Below are positions 1 through 12,189 of a stretch of 64,000 nucleotides of DNA, one piece after another; position 1 is the stretch's first letter, and every line of letters begins with the position of its first letter. The notes under the pieces were generated by a model, which searched no databases, was not told where the DNA came from, and was given only the letters and a program-made list of their open reading frames with translations. The position numbers and the translations under genes were made by a program. The stretch lies in assembly GCF_003918875.1 (NCBI RefSeq), contig NW_025765103.1, positions 1,302,001-1,366,000 of the forward strand. Reading direction: 5' to 3'. Source of the stretch: Haliotis rubra. Lineage: Eukaryota.

Positions 1-184
1 TTCATGGGATACATGATTGTGTGTGTACGTGCTGGGCATGTTGGGTGTCGAGAAAGAAAATGTGTTGTGCAATTAGATTAATTGGTTCTTTTTTTCGCGA
101 AGCAAATGCGTTTTGAAGCATTGACCGAAAACAGACTATCCAGTTCAGAGAATAATTACACACCACACACAGTCGAATATTAAA

Positions 185-381
185 CCTGGGCCATTGATAG
201 GGAGGGGACATCGGTTTACCTGGGCCATTAGAGGGACATCGGTTTACTTGGGCCATTGATAGGGAGGGGACATCGGTTTACCTGGGCCTTTGATAGGGAG
301 GGGACATCGGTTTACGTGGGCCATTGATAGGGAGGGGACATCGGTTTACCTGGGCCTTTGATAGGGAGGGGACATCGGTTT
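185..381. repeat. 34-bp minisatellite, about 6 copies
   Basis: Unit cctgggccattgatagggaggggacatcggttta repeated from 185 with one shortened copy. Confidence 0.9.
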
Positions 382-1158
382 ATCGATTTCGATCACTTCG
401 ATAATGCGATACCGCGAGACGAGCAAGCGATAACACAAGAAGAGGAAGCGATATTCGCTGGGGAAAGACGAGGGTATCCTGTTTGAAACACCTAATCACA
501 CACCCAACTCACATGCGAATATTTAAAGGTGTGTCATTGTGTTAGAAACGAGTGAGTATATTTTTACGCCGCGTGCACTCAACAATATTCAAGCTATATG
601 GCGACATTGTGTCATAACATGGAGCGGGTCAAACGTATGGCTCTTATCACTCGTCACAAGCAGCGAATGTTTATCTGACAGCGGACTGAAGATATTCGCG
701 GTCTTGGTAAGTTGGTTGACTGTTCGTCATCGTGCCGCAACGTGTCGTTGCTCATGCTTTCAATCCCCGGTCTTCTGGCCCGGATCCTGCCAATACAGGT
801 CATCGTGTGCTGTCAATACAGGTCACCGTGTGCTGTCAATGGCAGTAAATAATATTCACCCGCTCAGTAGATTTGTGTTTGGCCCCATTCCATGCCACCA
901 GCATGTCATACACACGCATTGTGTGAAAGTGCGTAAAAGTTATAACAGGCCCAATGACGTTAAATTCACTCACTCATTTGAGTTGTGTCAACCTCAGTTC
1001 GAGTCAACCTGGATGTTTTCTAGTCATGTTCAGGCATTTTTATCGACTTGACAAGCGAACGTAAAATAAAGACATGAAACATATGAAACGTGTTTTCACT
1101 CGTCGTTACTTTATTTGCTTCATATATATTCATAATCGTACAACTACGATAATTACAC

Positions 1159-2214
1159 CTAAACAGCATCTTTCTCACAAAGATGAATAAACTTGGAATG
1201 ACCCTGTTCCATTACAGTCGCCCAGGAGAGGAACGGCGCCATTTTGTCCTGAGAATATCTGTATCGGTTGGCAAATCTTGAGGCAAGTTTCTCTCTTCTT
1301 TTCCTCATACAAGCTTCGCTGATCTTGGGGCGAGGAGGGGAGGTTTCCTCACACTCCTTATTGGAGTCTTCCTCGGGAACTAGGCTATAAGCCCCATATC
1401 CAACTACTTTACCATCCCTCATAATCGGACAATCAAGTCGTGTGTCAAATGGCTTCGATTCCCGCACCGAGGCTAGAATATCGTCTGCTGTCACTCCGAA
1501 AGGAAGTAGAAAAGGCAGTTTGTTGCGATCACCAATTTGGCAGCTGTCTTGGGGATCTCGGAGTTTATAGAGAGTTATCCATCTTGAAATTTGATCGAGC
1601 AGTGGCTGCTGGTTCTCAGAACCCCCGTGCTTCTCAAACTGTTTGAGCAGGAGCATCACGTCTCGCCTTACATCAGACCAGTATTCTCGGGACGAGAGTG
1701 GCAGCAGCTTTCCCGTGAGGCATGCTGGTAGTACCTCCTCAACCTGCTCGTCAGTAAGCAGAAACCAGCACTTCCGTTTAGTTGGTCGGTCGTGTGGATT
1801 ATGAAGCTGTCGGATGATCAGTTTTGACGGCGAACCGCGACCTTCCTTTGCCCATTGTTTGCGTATGGTATCTATCGGAGGTAACGAACGCATCTTACGC
1901 CAATCGTATATCTTTCCGTTGCGAACGAAATATCTGGTTTTGCGCTTCATCACGTTGTACCTGTACAACAGTGGCAAAGTGAAGTTGATGGCTTCTTGCT
2001 TCGAATGGATCTCTGAAGCAGACGACTCTTTGGGGCCACTCTCTGGTTCCTCTTGTTGATCGCCTGACTGGGATGGATGGTCCTTCTCCTTTAGACGCAG
2101 ATTGTTGCGAATGGCTGTGATTTTTAAAAGGTTGGCAGGATTCTGGATGTGAGTTGCGAACTTGAGCGGCTGCTCGGGAAAGCTCTGAGCCATTTTGGGA
2201 GTTATGCAACCCAT
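1159..2214 (-). CDS. Uncharacterised 351-aa protein, single coding exon
   Basis: Uninterrupted 1056-nt non-repetitive ORF; pyrimidine tract and ttccag acceptor just before the ATG; AATAAA on - strand at 1110-1115, 44 nt after the stop. No domain recognised. Confidence 0.65.
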   Translation of the reverse strand: MGCITPKMAQSFPEQPLKFATHIQNPANLLKITAIRNNLRLKEKDHPSQSGDQQEEPESGPKESSASEIHSKQEAINFTLPLLYRYNVMKRKTRYFVRNGKIYDWRKMRSLPPIDTIRKQWAKEGRGSPSKLIIRQLHNPHDRPTKRKCWFLLTDEQVEEVLPACLTGKLLPLSSREYWSDVRRDVMLLLKQFEKHGGSENQQPLLDQISRWITLYKLRDPQDSCQIGDRNKLPFLLPFGVTADDILASVRESKPFDTRLDCPIMRDGKVVGYGAYSLVPEEDSNKECEETSPPRPKISEACMRKRREKLASRFANRYRYSQDKMAPFLSWATVMEQGHSKFIHLCEKDAV

Positions 2215-4611
2215 ACTGGAAACAGTGGAAAGATGTAGTCAGAAGAGTATCGGAGTGAATGTTATACACTTATTTCCCTTTGCTTTTTAGAAAACAGACA
2301 AAATTCGAAAGAGTTACCAATTTAAATTTTAATATCGAGCAAACATTCTAATGCGTTGGACGAAAAATTAACGCATTGAAACAATACAGAAAAAAATGCG
2401 GCGCGTGAACCTATAATATAAGGGAAAAATACTAATAAGCAGACACAAACTTTGCTTGGTGTCTGTGTTTGTCTGGTTGAATTCGATTAACTAACTACCT
2501 GGGGGCCAGAGCGCTATATATGTCCTTAGTCTTCAACCCTCACTTGAAGTCGAATATAACTTACAATGCATTACGCACACAAAAAAAATCTGTTTCTTGA
2601 TACCACGCTGGCTTACAGGGGTTTAACACGAAAGTGAATATCAGAGTATAACTCAAATATCGAAAAATCGCTCGAAAATTAAAATGTCCCTAATGCTGCA
2701 ACCTCATCAGTTACATGCTTTGGAGCCACATTTCAGCAAACGTATTTTTGATTAAGGTCTCTATACGTCACAGATTTGTGAGGACAACATTCTGTTTATT
2801 TAGCGACACGACTAACATTTGCGACAGAACAACAACTTAGAGTTGGAACTGAAGAAGGAATTGGCGCATTTCCCTTAAAACCCCCTCGATGCCATTTGGA
2901 CAAATATCACAGTGCATATGTCCCTACACATGTCCCTATGTCCTGTACCAGGGGGACGTATATGTCCTTTTGTAACAATTTGAAAATATAGTAAATTTCC
3001 AACAACACCTTTGCCGACCTATTTCTTTCGCATAGTCAAGATAATGATATAAAATATTTACAGTCATTGAGGGAAATGAAAGAACTTTCACAGTGTGGAT
3101 TTTGAACATTGTGAGTAACATCGTTGCTATTTGACGTACTTTTTAGACGAATGTATGCAGTTTTCACAACGTCTCCCTCAAATTAACTCGGCATGCACAG
3201 CGACAAGTTATTTCTATACGGTTGCCAGGGGGTTAACCAAAAAATATGGCGAAATGTATCCAGTTTTCTGCAATGTTGTCATCTACTTTGATAAAAATAG
3301 ACATACACAATGTATATACCTATGTTATGTCAAGCCCACTAGTCACAAATAGAAACAAACAGTTTATCTAAAATGATTTACCATATAGGATGTGTTGTAG
3401 CGCTGTGTGGAAATAACGGACCTAGACTGCAAAAGCCCGATGAAATCCGCTGGAGACCAACTTTTCTAAAATGTGGACAACTGCAACATAGCAAACGAAA
3501 GGTACAGAGTCGGAAGTCTGCTATTACAAATATGGGGGGCTGAGTAGGATTTCGCTTTTTCTTCCTTGACATGTACCAATTGCGGGAAGCATATACCTTT
3601 TCGATGTGATAGTTTAGATGGTGAATTAGAAGAAAAGCATGTTTTTAATAAAGTGACAGTAGGGTGAAAACAGACAAAATTACCTTTTGTGAGATGTCCA
3701 ACACAAAACGACGTTGAATGATGACGTCAAGACAAATACTTCTACATCGACGTCATAGTGGATATGACGTCATACACTGGTCATTTTAGCCGTGAAGAAA
3801 CAGACAAGCTATGGTCACGAAATAAGTACAGAGTAACGCAGTTACAACACTGCAGTATACTTCGCATTACCACTGAAATATCCGTTCGGGTACACTTACA
3901 GAATACCGGATACCTAATTATATACATTCTATTGTGCGCGTGAGGCTCCTATATATAGAAGAAACAGAGAGCGCGAGCCTGCGAGCAATCCAATAAAAAT
4001 ACGAATTTAAGGTAAAAAATAAGGTTAAAATCGAATTCCTCACCTTACTTCCGGTTTAGGAAACCTAAACTGGGGATTTTAACAGCATTCACTGACGTAA
4101 ACAGAGTAAAAAGTAATCGTGTGTTGAAATATTATTCAAATGCATGCTGGGAAAAGGAACTCTACAGTGTGGGAACACTCTGATGGTAAGTGATTTTTGA
4201 TTGGTAAGGTAAGGTAGGTAAGGCTTTTAAATAAAGGGGGGTACCCCCTTTACCTTACCTTTTTTTAGCTTTAATATTGTTTAATATTTAATATTTAATA
4301 TTTAATATTGAACGCTGCTTCAACACAGCCTTCATTCATCGCGTGCCGTTGCTAAGGAAACAAAATGGAAGTGCGCAAAAATAAATGCGCAATCAAAATA
4401 AAAATGGCGGATAGGTATCCGGTATTCTGTAATCTTGCCTCCGTTCGTATTAGAAAAAACAAAACACATGGTTTTCTTGGGTTTTAACCACTTATAATTG
4501 AAATTTACTCGAAATAGCTCACCAGCATATGTAGGATGAACGGCCGGTAGTATGAGGTAGTTATAGACATTACAAAGGGGGGTGGGAGAGAGAGAGGGAG
4601 GAAGTATAAGT

Positions 4612-4775
4612 GAGTGAGTGAGTTTAGTTACACGCTGCACTCAGCAATACTCAAGCTATATGGCCGCGGTCTGTAAATAATCGAGTCTGGACCAGACAAT
4701 ACAGTGATCAACAGCATGAACATCGATCTACGCATTTGGGATTCAATGATCAATTCTAACCCGGATCTACACAGG
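4612..4775 (-). mobile_element. SINE 3' fragment (second SINE family)
   Basis: (agtg)n tail followed by cactcagcaatactcaagctatatgg; related fragment near 549-605. Confidence 0.55.
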
Positions 4776-5380
4776 TTTTATCTAAAGGAGGTATGAACGT
4801 GACAGTAAACACCTTCTGGGGAAAATATATCAAAGGATAAATACAAACGCTTTAAAATATTCGGATGTGTCGTTCAATAAAGTGTGCAACCTACCTACAG
4901 TGTATATTACCAGCACGAACTGAACTAAACAAATACGAATATAGTATTAAATTATTTTAGTATGGACCAAGTTCGACACAAACATATGAACACTCTTGGT
5001 CTCCCGACTGTCGAGTTTTACTCTGATTGTAAATACCCGATAAAACACGCTCAGAGCTAAATACTTTCTCGACTTGTCACTTTTTGAAAGAAAAGAAAGG
5101 ACAGAAAGTACATTTCAACACTGAACTATTGGCATCCACGCACTGCACGTTGGCATCTAAGATATCACATATCAGGGCTTGGCATCCCATGGACCAAATG
5201 GGGTGTGGCACCCTCAGTAATTTGGAGCTGTAGGGCAGCGGTCTGTAGATATTCTGAACCCGACAATCCAGTGATAGATTTGAGTACAGCAATACTGTTT
5301 GTCAAACACTATCTGCACAAAAATGTGTCCTATCATTTGTTGTTGGCGAGTGGCTAAGGCGAGATACGATGACGTTCCTG

Positions 5381-5528
5381 GGCCCCGTTTCACAAAGCTC
5401 TCGTAAGCCTAAGATCTCGTAACTTTTCTCGTAGCATTCGTACCTCCTATGTTACAGTATAGGAGGTACGAATATTACGAGAAAAGTTACGAGATCTTAG
5501 GCTTACGAGAGCTTTGTGAAACGGGCCC
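5381..5528. mobile_element. Palindromic MITE, probably PIF/Harbinger-type
   Basis: About 70-bp near-perfect inverted arms starting ggccccgtttcacaaag; 3-bp CTG duplication at 5378-5380 and 5529-5531. Confidence 0.8.
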
Positions 5529-6429
5529 CTGGCCTGAGTTGACGTTAGGGGATTGTGTCCACACATGGCAACAATTTATAAGGAACACCTGGCTTTTTGA
5601 AGACCTCGCCCAAGAAATGGAAGCATGCATACATGACAGACATGACTCATCCACATTTAGTACTGACCACTGAATATTCTGGGTGTTGTTTTCAGAGACA
5701 TGTTTCTTGTTTCAATGAAGGTCAAACAGTGAAAGGGTGAGCTGAACACAGCAGTGTACTATCTTTTCACATAGCATCATAAATTACGTTTTTTCTTTAG
5801 TTCTACTCACTTCAGTATTCCAAATTCACTGCTCTCAACTGATTTATCAGGTCAGTTGACATTTATTAAGAACATACACATAAAACCTGTCCTTTATTTC
5901 CTTAGCAGCCACCAGTCTTAATCACCAGTGATACCACCATCCTGGGATGCAGCCATAGTGTAGGTTAATCATCAATACAGTTCCTGATTTTGAATTTTCC
6001 TGCATTTCAGTGGGGAAAAAACAGTACCAGTGCATGTGCTGAAGCATGTTTGAGTATCCCTCTGAAACAAATATTGCCAGTTAAGAGCAAGGATAACCTT
6101 CCACTTCAAAAGAGAGAGAGAGAGAGAGTTATGCAATTCCGAAAGACAATTTCGGAAATAAGCATGAAAATCACAACCCTAATGTTAAACCTTGAAAATA
6201 TTTGGGGTCCCTAGATTCAAACACAACATCTGAAGAGCCAACAGTGCTAAGTGACCAGGACTGGCAGGCACTAACAAGACACATAGCTGGAAAAACTCAC
6301 AGAAGCAAACCATAATCAACTCAACAAGGCAATCTACTTCATCATGTACTGATATGTATTGTTTCAACGATTGTAATTATCATTTTCATTATGTTCAAAT
6401 CAGCTGCATCATCAACTAATACGTCTCTG

Positions 6430-7398
6430 ACCGATACCGAGAATAACGATAACCGAGATTCAAACTGATACGCCCTAACCTATACCAGTGTTTCCGCTGA
6501 CTTCATTATTTATCGGACACCGAGTCTGGTGACCTAAAATTTTACCGGTCATTAATGAAATTTGCCAGTCATATCCTATTACAATACTGTAAGTACTCAT
6601 TTTAAAGGTATTTTTAGCCTGGGTATTTCCAAAGCATAACAGTTTTTGTGAACATGAAAGCACAGCCAAGACTGTCATTTCGCTTACCCATGATGTTTTT
6701 ATTTCAATACATGATTATTTACCGGACACGGTGTTTTGCTGGCTTTCAATTTACCGGCCCCGAACAAATTTTACCGGCGATTTTCAGGTATATACCGGAG
6801 AACGGAAACACTGCTATACTGAGAATAACAATAACCGAGATTCAAACTGATACGCCCTAACCGATACCGAGAATAACGATAACCGAGATTCAAACTGATA
6901 CGCCCTAACCGATACTGAGAATAACGATAACCGAGATTCAAACTGATACGCCCTAACCTATACTGAGCATAACGATAACCGAGATTCAAACTGATACGCC
7001 CTAACCGATACTGAGAATAACGATAACCGAGATTCAAACTGATACGCCCTAACCGATACCGAGAATAACGATAAGCGCCCTAACCGATACCGAGAATAAC
7101 GATAACCGAGATTCAAACTGATAACGCCCTTCAAACTGATACGCGAGAATACCGAATAACGATAACCGAGATTCAAACTGATATAACCGATACCGAATAA
7201 CGATAACCGAGATTCAAACTGATACGCCCTAACCGATACCGAGAATAACGATAACCGAGATTCAAACTGATACGCCCTAACCGATACTGAGAATAACGAT
7301 AACCGAGATTCAAACTGATACGCCCTAACCGATACTGAGAATAACAATAACCGAGATTCAAACTGATACGCCCTAACCAATACTGAGAATAACGATAA
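6430..7398. repeat. 48-bp CpG-rich minisatellite interrupted by a DNA transposon
   Basis: Unit accgatactgagaataacgataaccgagattcaaactgatacgcccta; about one copy before 6486 and about 12 after 6813. Confidence 0.9.
6486..6813. mobile_element. Non-autonomous hAT-like element with 6-bp TSD
   Basis: TIR cagtgtttccg / cggaaacactg; ctatac duplicated at 6480-6485 and 6814-6819. Confidence 0.8.
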
Positions 7399-7981
7399 AT
7401 GGTTGCCTAATGTGTCAAGCTAAGGTTGCTGGGACACTTATTCGTGCTGAAATCCCCACAGGGACATGTTGTATTGTGAGTTAAGAACAGCAATACACCT
7501 ATAATCACAAAATAGAGGTTCAGGTGTATAGTGTTCAGTAAACCTTTCATACAGTTCAAAAGATCTATAGTTTCTCACAATATTAAATTTATTGAACATA
7601 TATTACAAAAAGAGGAGCATTTTCCAGGCAACCAACTGATTCTCTGACACTAGTGGAAGTCTAACATGGCATGTCCAGGAGACTTATGTATTTATATACA
7701 TGCCTTAGAGTGAGTTAATACTTAATGTCACTACAGCAATATATCAGCCATATTGTGACTACATGCCTTAGAACAAGCATAGGATGATACACATTGCCTA
7801 TAATATATTCACATTACATAATTCAATACAACTTCCTGGTCTGACCAGGGGCAGGTTACCCCACACCACTTGCACATTACAGCTACTACACAGTACAAAT
7901 ATAGTCTTAGCATAACATGATACATGCGACTCCATAGACATGGGAGAACTCATAAATAGAAAACGACCTTGTGTTCTTACG

Positions 7982-8147
7982 GACTGACTGACTGAGTTTA
8001 GTTTTACACCTCTTTTAGCAATATTCCAGCTACATCACGGCGGGAGACACCAGAAATGGGCTTCACACATTGTACCCATGTGGGGATTCGAACCCGGGTC
8101 TTCGGCGTGACAAGCCAACGCTTTAACCACTAGACTACCCCACCGCC
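7982..8147 (-). mobile_element. tRNA-derived SINE
   Basis: Pol III A-box (tagtctagtggttaaagc) and B-box (ggttcgaatcc) on - strand, (cagt)n tail, imperfect TSD tgttctta. Confidence 0.85.
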
Positions 8148-8942
8148 CTTGTTCTTATGGAATAAGCATGAAAACCAAATGAATATAATCTTGACCCCAG
8201 TACTTTCTGGATTTATCCAAACCTATTAGAGCAAGCATGTGGAGATACTTTATCCTGCCACCAACAATATTGCAGCCATATCATGGCAAGTATCACATGT
8301 GGGGTTCATCTTTGTACCCATATGGGGAATGGAGCCTGGGCCTTGGCACGACCAATGACTCAACCACTGTAAGGGAGCATCCACCTTATTTCTATTGGGC
8401 CAAATATTGTTTTAAACGAATGGTTTGTTCAGAAATAAACCAAAACATGAAGAGTTTACCAAATGTCAATTAATGTTTGGTTAGAAAGCAATTTTCCAAC
8501 TGACTAAAAAACATTTTTTATTTATAAAATAGGAACACCTCGAAATGGGGCAAACCAGGTTGTTGACAATCCCCAATGTATCTGAAAGCCAGAAAGGGGG
8601 GGGGGAAGAAGAAGAAGAAGGGAAAGATGAAAATGGGCTTAATGTCACATGTAAATGTACAGCACTTATACATCAATGTAAGTGTTCACATGTGTGCATG
8701 CTCCCCCCCCCAGAGTTTAGCCAGGATATGTCGTTGTCTCAGTGAACCGATTCAAAACCAACAGGTCCTTGTTGTATCCCCATATTTCAGATTGCCAGGT
8801 AAAGTAACATCCAGTACCATCTCTTGGTGCTACAGGACCAGGGATCAAGCGTTGTCTCTCCCACAGATGCTCTATCCAATACGCCACAACGGTGGTGATC
8901 AGTAGAAAACTAATGCCTGGGCATCATCTTTTGATCATAACG

Positions 8943-9782
8943 TCATAAATGAAAAGGAACAAGCTTGATTCTTTGGTCATCCTCAGGATGTCGAAGCACT
9001 ATCTGACATCGCAACAAAAGTTCAATGTATGGTGGCCAGAATCTGTTTGTAATTATCACATATGGATCGTGTGGTTCATCAATGCACTTATTCATCAGTT
9101 CTTGAAGCACGACTTTAAATGGGACAAGATTTTCCATGGAGATCTTCTTGTCACTTGACCGTAGTTTCTTCTTCCCAGCCTTAACCTCTTCAACACTAGG
9201 CAATGGGAAATGTTCGTTGACAAAATGCACCAATCTCTTCGTCAAACTTCTATTCATTGTCTCCCCTTTCCGAATCTTTATGTCAAGTTCAGTCATCACA
9301 GATGACATGGTAACCTCTTCCTCATCATTGTTGGCAATGCCCTCCAACTTAATCTCCAGGCAATTATGAACTGATTGCAGCTGTCTCTGTATTTCTTCCT
9401 CACGGGATATTTGCTGGGTCAGCTCCTTTTTCTGACTCTTTACCAAGGTAAACACTTCCTGCAGTTGTGATATACTCTTAGCAAGGTCTTTTCTCAACAC
9501 TTCCCTGAGGATGTCAGGATTTTCAGGTAAAACACTAGGTTTTGACTTTTTGATGGTCTCAATCTCACCCTTCACTCGTTTCTCCTTTTCTTGCAAAATT
9601 GCTAATAGGGGAGAATGATCACCTACAGCTTTTGGATCACCGTTTTTTGTTATTAATTGATGGTTTGTCTTAACAACCTCCCACTTCTCTTGACAGACTT
9701 GCTTCAGTTCTGCTACAGCTTCATCTGTCCCAGGTGTGCTATCTTTATCAGGTGGAGTTTCCTCCTCTTGCAAACTTGCCAT
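8943..9782 (-). CDS. CENPK: Centromere protein K
   Basis: 279-aa coiled-coil-like ORF ending in the CENP-K C-terminal signature PHDPYV..FWPPYIELLLR..LRHPED..RIKL..FH; splice acceptor ttttaacag at 9808-9816 indicates a 5'UTR intron. Confidence 0.9.
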   Translation of the reverse strand: MASLQEEETPPDKDSTPGTDEAVAELKQVCQEKWEVVKTNHQLITKNGDPKAVGDHSPLLAILQEKEKRVKGEIETIKKSKPSVLPENPDILREVLRKDLAKSISQLQEVFTLVKSQKKELTQQISREEEIQRQLQSVHNCLEIKLEGIANNDEEEVTMSSVMTELDIKIRKGETMNRSLTKRLVHFVNEHFPLPSVEEVKAGKKKLRSSDKKISMENLVPFKVVLQELMNKCIDEPHDPYVIITNRFWPPYIELLLRCQIVLRHPEDDQRIKLVPFHL

Positions 9783-10316
9783 TTCCAGTGTCTCTGTAGG
9801 TCACATTCTGTTAAAAATGAGAAAAAAAACTGTTTTCAGAAAAAGAAGCAAAATCCCAACAAACAGAAGCTTGGAGCGCCTATTCGCTAAAGCAGTGTTA
9901 GAATTTGAAACCAGGTCGTCCCTGAAACAAGCAAATGCTTAACCACATGGCTACCCTGCTTTGCTCTACACATAACAATTAGATATACATTCATACCTAT
10001 AAGATTTCCTACTTCCTATTTCCATAAGGACTTAGTGACCATGTTGAGTGAAATCTGCATTGTTGCCAAATACAATTGTACTGGTATACACTAAAATACT
10101 GAATTCCATTAGAAACACATCACCTGGATAAAACGTTTTAGCTCCCTGAAAATGAAGGAAACAACTTGTCCCTACTGACATTATAATTGTTAATCCAGAT
10201 GGAAACATAAGGAAAAGCATATACAGTCATTCAACATCTAGTGCAAACATAAATTAACGATAACAATGATGGGGGTCAAACTGAAACTTGACACACACTC
10301 AAAGATTTTACACAGT

Positions 10317-11200
10317 CTATGTCAGTAACGGGTATTGCCCCCATTTGCTTTGAGCACAGCTACACATCTTTGACACATTGATAAGATGACCATCCTCATG
10401 AAAACTTGCGATATCTGAAGCCATATTCGCTGCAAAGCAAGTAATTTGGTTGTACATTATTCGGTTTAGCCCCAGCAATAGTTCTCTCCCCATCTCGTCC
10501 CACACATTTTCTATCAGCTCTAGATCTGGAGTTGCCATCAGGCCAGGAATGTTATTTTGGTGAAGAAAGTTCATGCTGTGTCTAGCAGCATATCTGGTTG
10601 TGCATTATTGCAAAATGTGAAGACGTTGAAATGTTGTCAGGTGGGGAACAACTATTGTTCTCAGTATTTCCGCTGTGTACATTTGAGCTGTAAATCATCC
10701 ACGACAGATGAGGGGGGTGTGTGTGTGTGTGTGTTAGCAATTTTGTACATAAAAGTATGCTTAAAATTACGTTTAGAAATTATGATTCACATTGTGCATG
10801 CTTCTCAATAAAAATCATCATCACTCCCCCCTAGCTATAAATTATGAATGGTCCCTAATCCCTCCAAAAATCATAACTATTGTCTCCACGCCAGCGGTTC
10901 ACCTGCTGAAGGCAACAATCAGCATTACTTTCTCCACGTTGTCACACATGGTTGCCCTGGGTGTGGTTGATAATGTGTTCTGCCAGTTTGGTGTAGGCGC
11001 TGTGGTAACCTGACGATTTTTTAATTGTGACGATTAGACCTTCTGGCCACTTGATCCGCAGACAAATCAGGCCCAAGATACCAATCTCTTTATCTCTCAA
11101 CAGATGATAAAAGTGGGACTATGAAAAGGCAACAGCTTAATGCTCTTCAAAATTTAGGTGTGATTTTGGTACACTGTTGAATGATCTGTCAATGTGTTGA
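10317..11200 (-). pseudogene. Degenerate Tc1/mariner transposase relic in the CENPK 5'UTR intron
   Basis: PDLELIENVWDEMGR matches the Tc1 SPDLNPIENxW motif; frames broken; boundaries approximate. Confidence 0.65.
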
Positions 11201-11391
11201 GGAACCATCACGTTTTCTGCATTTTCACACGATTACCAGGTGAAAACATGATTTTCAGCAAATGGTGGATCATGTGATCACAGGGATGGTTGTGCTTCTC
11301 GGTGTGTGCATCACATTTATCTGTCATAGTCATATTTTAAGCACAAATGGGGTTCAAAATTCCTTTTGCATATTCCAAGTTATAATACTAA

Positions 11392-11477
11392 TACCCAGAT
11401 AGCATTCGGACATTGGCCCAACGTTGTTGGCAAAACCATTGCCAACATTGGGCCAATGTCTGAATGCTATCTGGGTA
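11392..11477. repeat. 86-bp palindrome (mini-MITE)
   Basis: tacccagatagcattcggacattggccc ... gggccaatgtctgaatgctatctgggta. Confidence 0.8.
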
Positions 11478-11830
11478 GGGTGATGCGTTTCTAGTGGATT
11501 TCAGTATATATTAAAACATACCAAACATGAAGATACGATGAGCAGATATGGCTGAAGGGGTTGTTGTCGGCACGGGGTACTACAGGGGTGGGGTGGAGGT
11601 GCAGGGGTGCGCACTAACTCTTTTGTCCTGAAAGTTTATTAAAAGATCCGTGAAACGGGTGAAAATAAGTGTGCACCCCCACTTTCTCAAAAAGCTGTAT
11701 CCGCCAGTGACACTGAGAGTGGGGAAAAAGTTCCTTCCGTTCCCCCCAACCCTAAACCTAACTGAAATTTGGGACTTTTAGTCATTTTGTGAGTTCTCTA
11801 GTAATTGTTGTGTTAATAATTTGGCTAGAA

Positions 11831-12024
11831 TGCACTTTACCGTGTGCAGCCCTCGCTGCTCCCTTTACGATCCTTATGGTTAGGGTTTAGGGTAAGGGTA
11901 TGCTACCCTTTACGATCCTGAGGGTTAGGGTTTAGGGTAAGGGTATGCCGCCCTTTACGATCCTTAGGGTTAGGGAACCCCAGCAGCGCTAATTAATCTG
12001 AAAAAGTGCGCCCGGTAAAGTGCA
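11831..12024. mobile_element. Small TIR element containing telomere-like ttaggg variants
   Basis: TIR tgcactttaccg / cggtaaagtgca around about 2.5 copies of a unit containing ggttagggtttagggtaaggg. Confidence 0.55.
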
Positions 12025-12189
12025 GTACTCCCTGTCAATCTGACACGAAGCATTTTATGTTAAAATTCTTCCAATATCTAGACACTATTCTAACTTAGCT
12101 TATTGAATCAATAAGAACATCATATTAAGCACGATTAAATATCGCCTTATTTGCAATATCAGGTATAATTACGGAATGAATGGTACCTT

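Noticed and set aside
539-1051. 170-aa ORF
   Set aside because: Non-ATG start, overlaps SINE-like sequence, no coding signature
2490-3236. piggyBac-like non-autonomous element
   Set aside because: Right end gggttaa fits, but the left end is too degenerate to support a call
6430-7398. CRISPR-like look of the regular 32-57-bp arrays here and elsewhere
   Set aside because: Head-to-tail units without unique spacers, no cas genes, eukaryotic context
7982-8147. tRNA gene
   Set aside because: tRNA-like head continues into a conserved body and microsatellite tail with TSDs in five copies, so it is a SINE
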